Part shown: positions 30,756 to 32,271 of the stretch, in pieces
How positions within the stretch are numbered: the first letter of the stretch is position 1
Layout: each line of letters begins with the position of its first letter
Assembly (NCBI RefSeq): GCF_001194135.2
Contig: NC_069001.1
Location: 31,449,255 to 31,481,525 of the forward strand
From: Octopus bimaculoides
Taxonomy: Eukaryota
Direction: 5' to 3'
DNA length: 32,271 nucleotides
Program-made: the position numbers and the translations under genes
Notes under the pieces: generated by a model
The model's input: only the letters and a program-made list of their open reading frames with translations
What the model was told of the DNA's origin: nothing
Databases searched by the model: none

Positions 30756-32271
30756 ATGTAAGTACGTACGGAGGAACGAACGTACATATATAGGTACGTA
30801 CGAACTATTCAACGAACAAACCTACGTACGCAGGTAAGAAATAACGAAAGAACGTAAGTACGTACGAACGAACGTCCTTACGTAGGCAGGAAATAAAGAA
30901 AGAACGTACGTACGAACGAACGTACGTACGTATTAAGTAGGTAGCAAATAACGAAAGAACGAACGTACGTACGTGCGAACGAAGAAACGAAGGAACATAC
31001 GTACGTAAGTACAAACAAACGAACATACGGACGTACTACATTGAATGGAAATAACGAAAGAACTTACGTACTTACGAACGTATGTACGAACGAACGTTCG
31101 AATGAATGAACTTACGAAGGTACGAATGTACGTACGAACACACCAACGAACGTACGTACGTACTTATGACGGTAAGAACGAACGAACGAACGTACGTACG
31201 TACTTACGACCGAAAGATCGAACGACCGAACGTAAGTAGGAAGGAAGGAACGAACAAACGAACGTACAAACGTACGAATGAAGGAAAGAACGTATGTGCG
31301 TATGTAGGAACTAAGAAAGAACTAACATACGTACGAAAGTACGAACGAACGTACAAATATACGTACGTACGAACTATTCAACGAACGAACGTACGTACGC
31401 AGGTAAGAAATAACGAATGTAAGTAAGTACGTACGATGGAACGTACGTACGTAGGNNNNNNNNNNAATAACGAATGTAAGTAAGTACGTACGATGGAACG
31501 TACGTACGTAGGCAGGAAATAACGAAAGAACGATCGTACGTACGAACGAACGTACGTACGAAGGAAGTTACGTACGTACGAAGGAACTTATGTACGTATT
31601 ACGTAGGTAGGAAATAACGGAAGAACGTACCTACGTACGTATGAACGAAGAAACGAAAGGATGTACGTACGTAAAGTGGAACGAACGAACGTACGTACGT
31701 ATTACGTAGGCAGGAAATAATGAAAGTACGAACATACTTACGAACGAACGAACGTGCGATCGAATAAACAAACGAACGTACAAACGTACAAATGAAGGAA
31801 CGAACGTACTTACGTAAGGACGTACGGACGAACGAACGTAAGTACGAACGAACGTACAAATATACGTACGTACGAACTATTCAACGAACGAACGTACGTA
31901 CGCAGGAAGGAAATAACGAATGAACGTACGTACGTACGAACAAACGAAAGAACAAACAAACGAATAAACGTACGTACGTCCTTACGACCAAGCGAACGAA
32001 CGAACAAAAGTACGTAGGAAAGAACGAACGAATAAAACGAACGTACAAACGTACAAATGAAGGAACGAACGTACTTACGTCCGAACGAAGAAACGAACGA
32101 ACGTAAGTACGAACGAACGTACATATATAGGTACGAACGATTCAGCGAACGAACATACGTACGCAAGTAACAAATAAGGAAAGAACGTAAGTACGTACGA
32201 ACGAACGTACGTACGTAGGCAGGAAATATAGAAAGAACGTACGTACGAACGAACGTACGTACGTTAGTACG
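30756..32271. repeat. CpG-rich complex satellite of TACG/AACG/AAAG/TAGG 4-mers with higher-order periodicity of about 260 and 500-570 bp
   Basis: gaactattcaacg landmark at 30802, 31371, 31874 and a variant at 32135; caaacgtac.aatgaagga at about 31266, 31780 and 32045. Confidence 0.92.

Noticed and set aside
31409-31512. Exact 47-bp duplication inside the satellite
   Set aside because: It flanks a 10-N gap and is an assembly overlap artefact
30805-32166. RTYV/RSFV-rich ORFs and a possible CRISPR- or telomere-like array
   Set aside because: These are translations of the 4-mer satellite; there is no repeat-spacer architecture and no TTAGGG-type unit

Overview
AT-rich, repeat-dense eukaryotic draft scaffold with 12 N-gaps (about 3.8 kb in total), mostly flanked by (TA)n/(CA)n microsatellites. 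The SINE, MITE and RTE families look like those of octopod cephalopods; this is recognition from memory, not a database result. No intact host gene can be supported, and most ORF-track entries are microsatellite or gap artefacts. The window is a transposon graveyard. It contains four decayed Penelope-like (PLE) fragments (three GIY-YIG, one RT-thumb), R4/Dong-type RT and restriction-like endonuclease (RLE) fragments, an RTE LINE 3' end, a Tc1 fragment and a Helitron helicase 3' end with its hairpin-CTAG terminus. It also has piggyBac-type (TTAA) and hAT-type (8-bp TSD) MITEs, many tRNA-derived SINEs, several 150-360 bp tandem arrays and a CpG-rich (TACG/AACG) complex satellite at the right end. 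The most notable signals are a hammerhead-ribozyme-like motif in the 3' UTR of a PLE whose GIY-YIG domain is split by an insert of about 88 codons, a second hammerhead-like motif, apparent (ACAT)n targeting by the R4-like element, self-nested MITEs and inverted SINE pairs.
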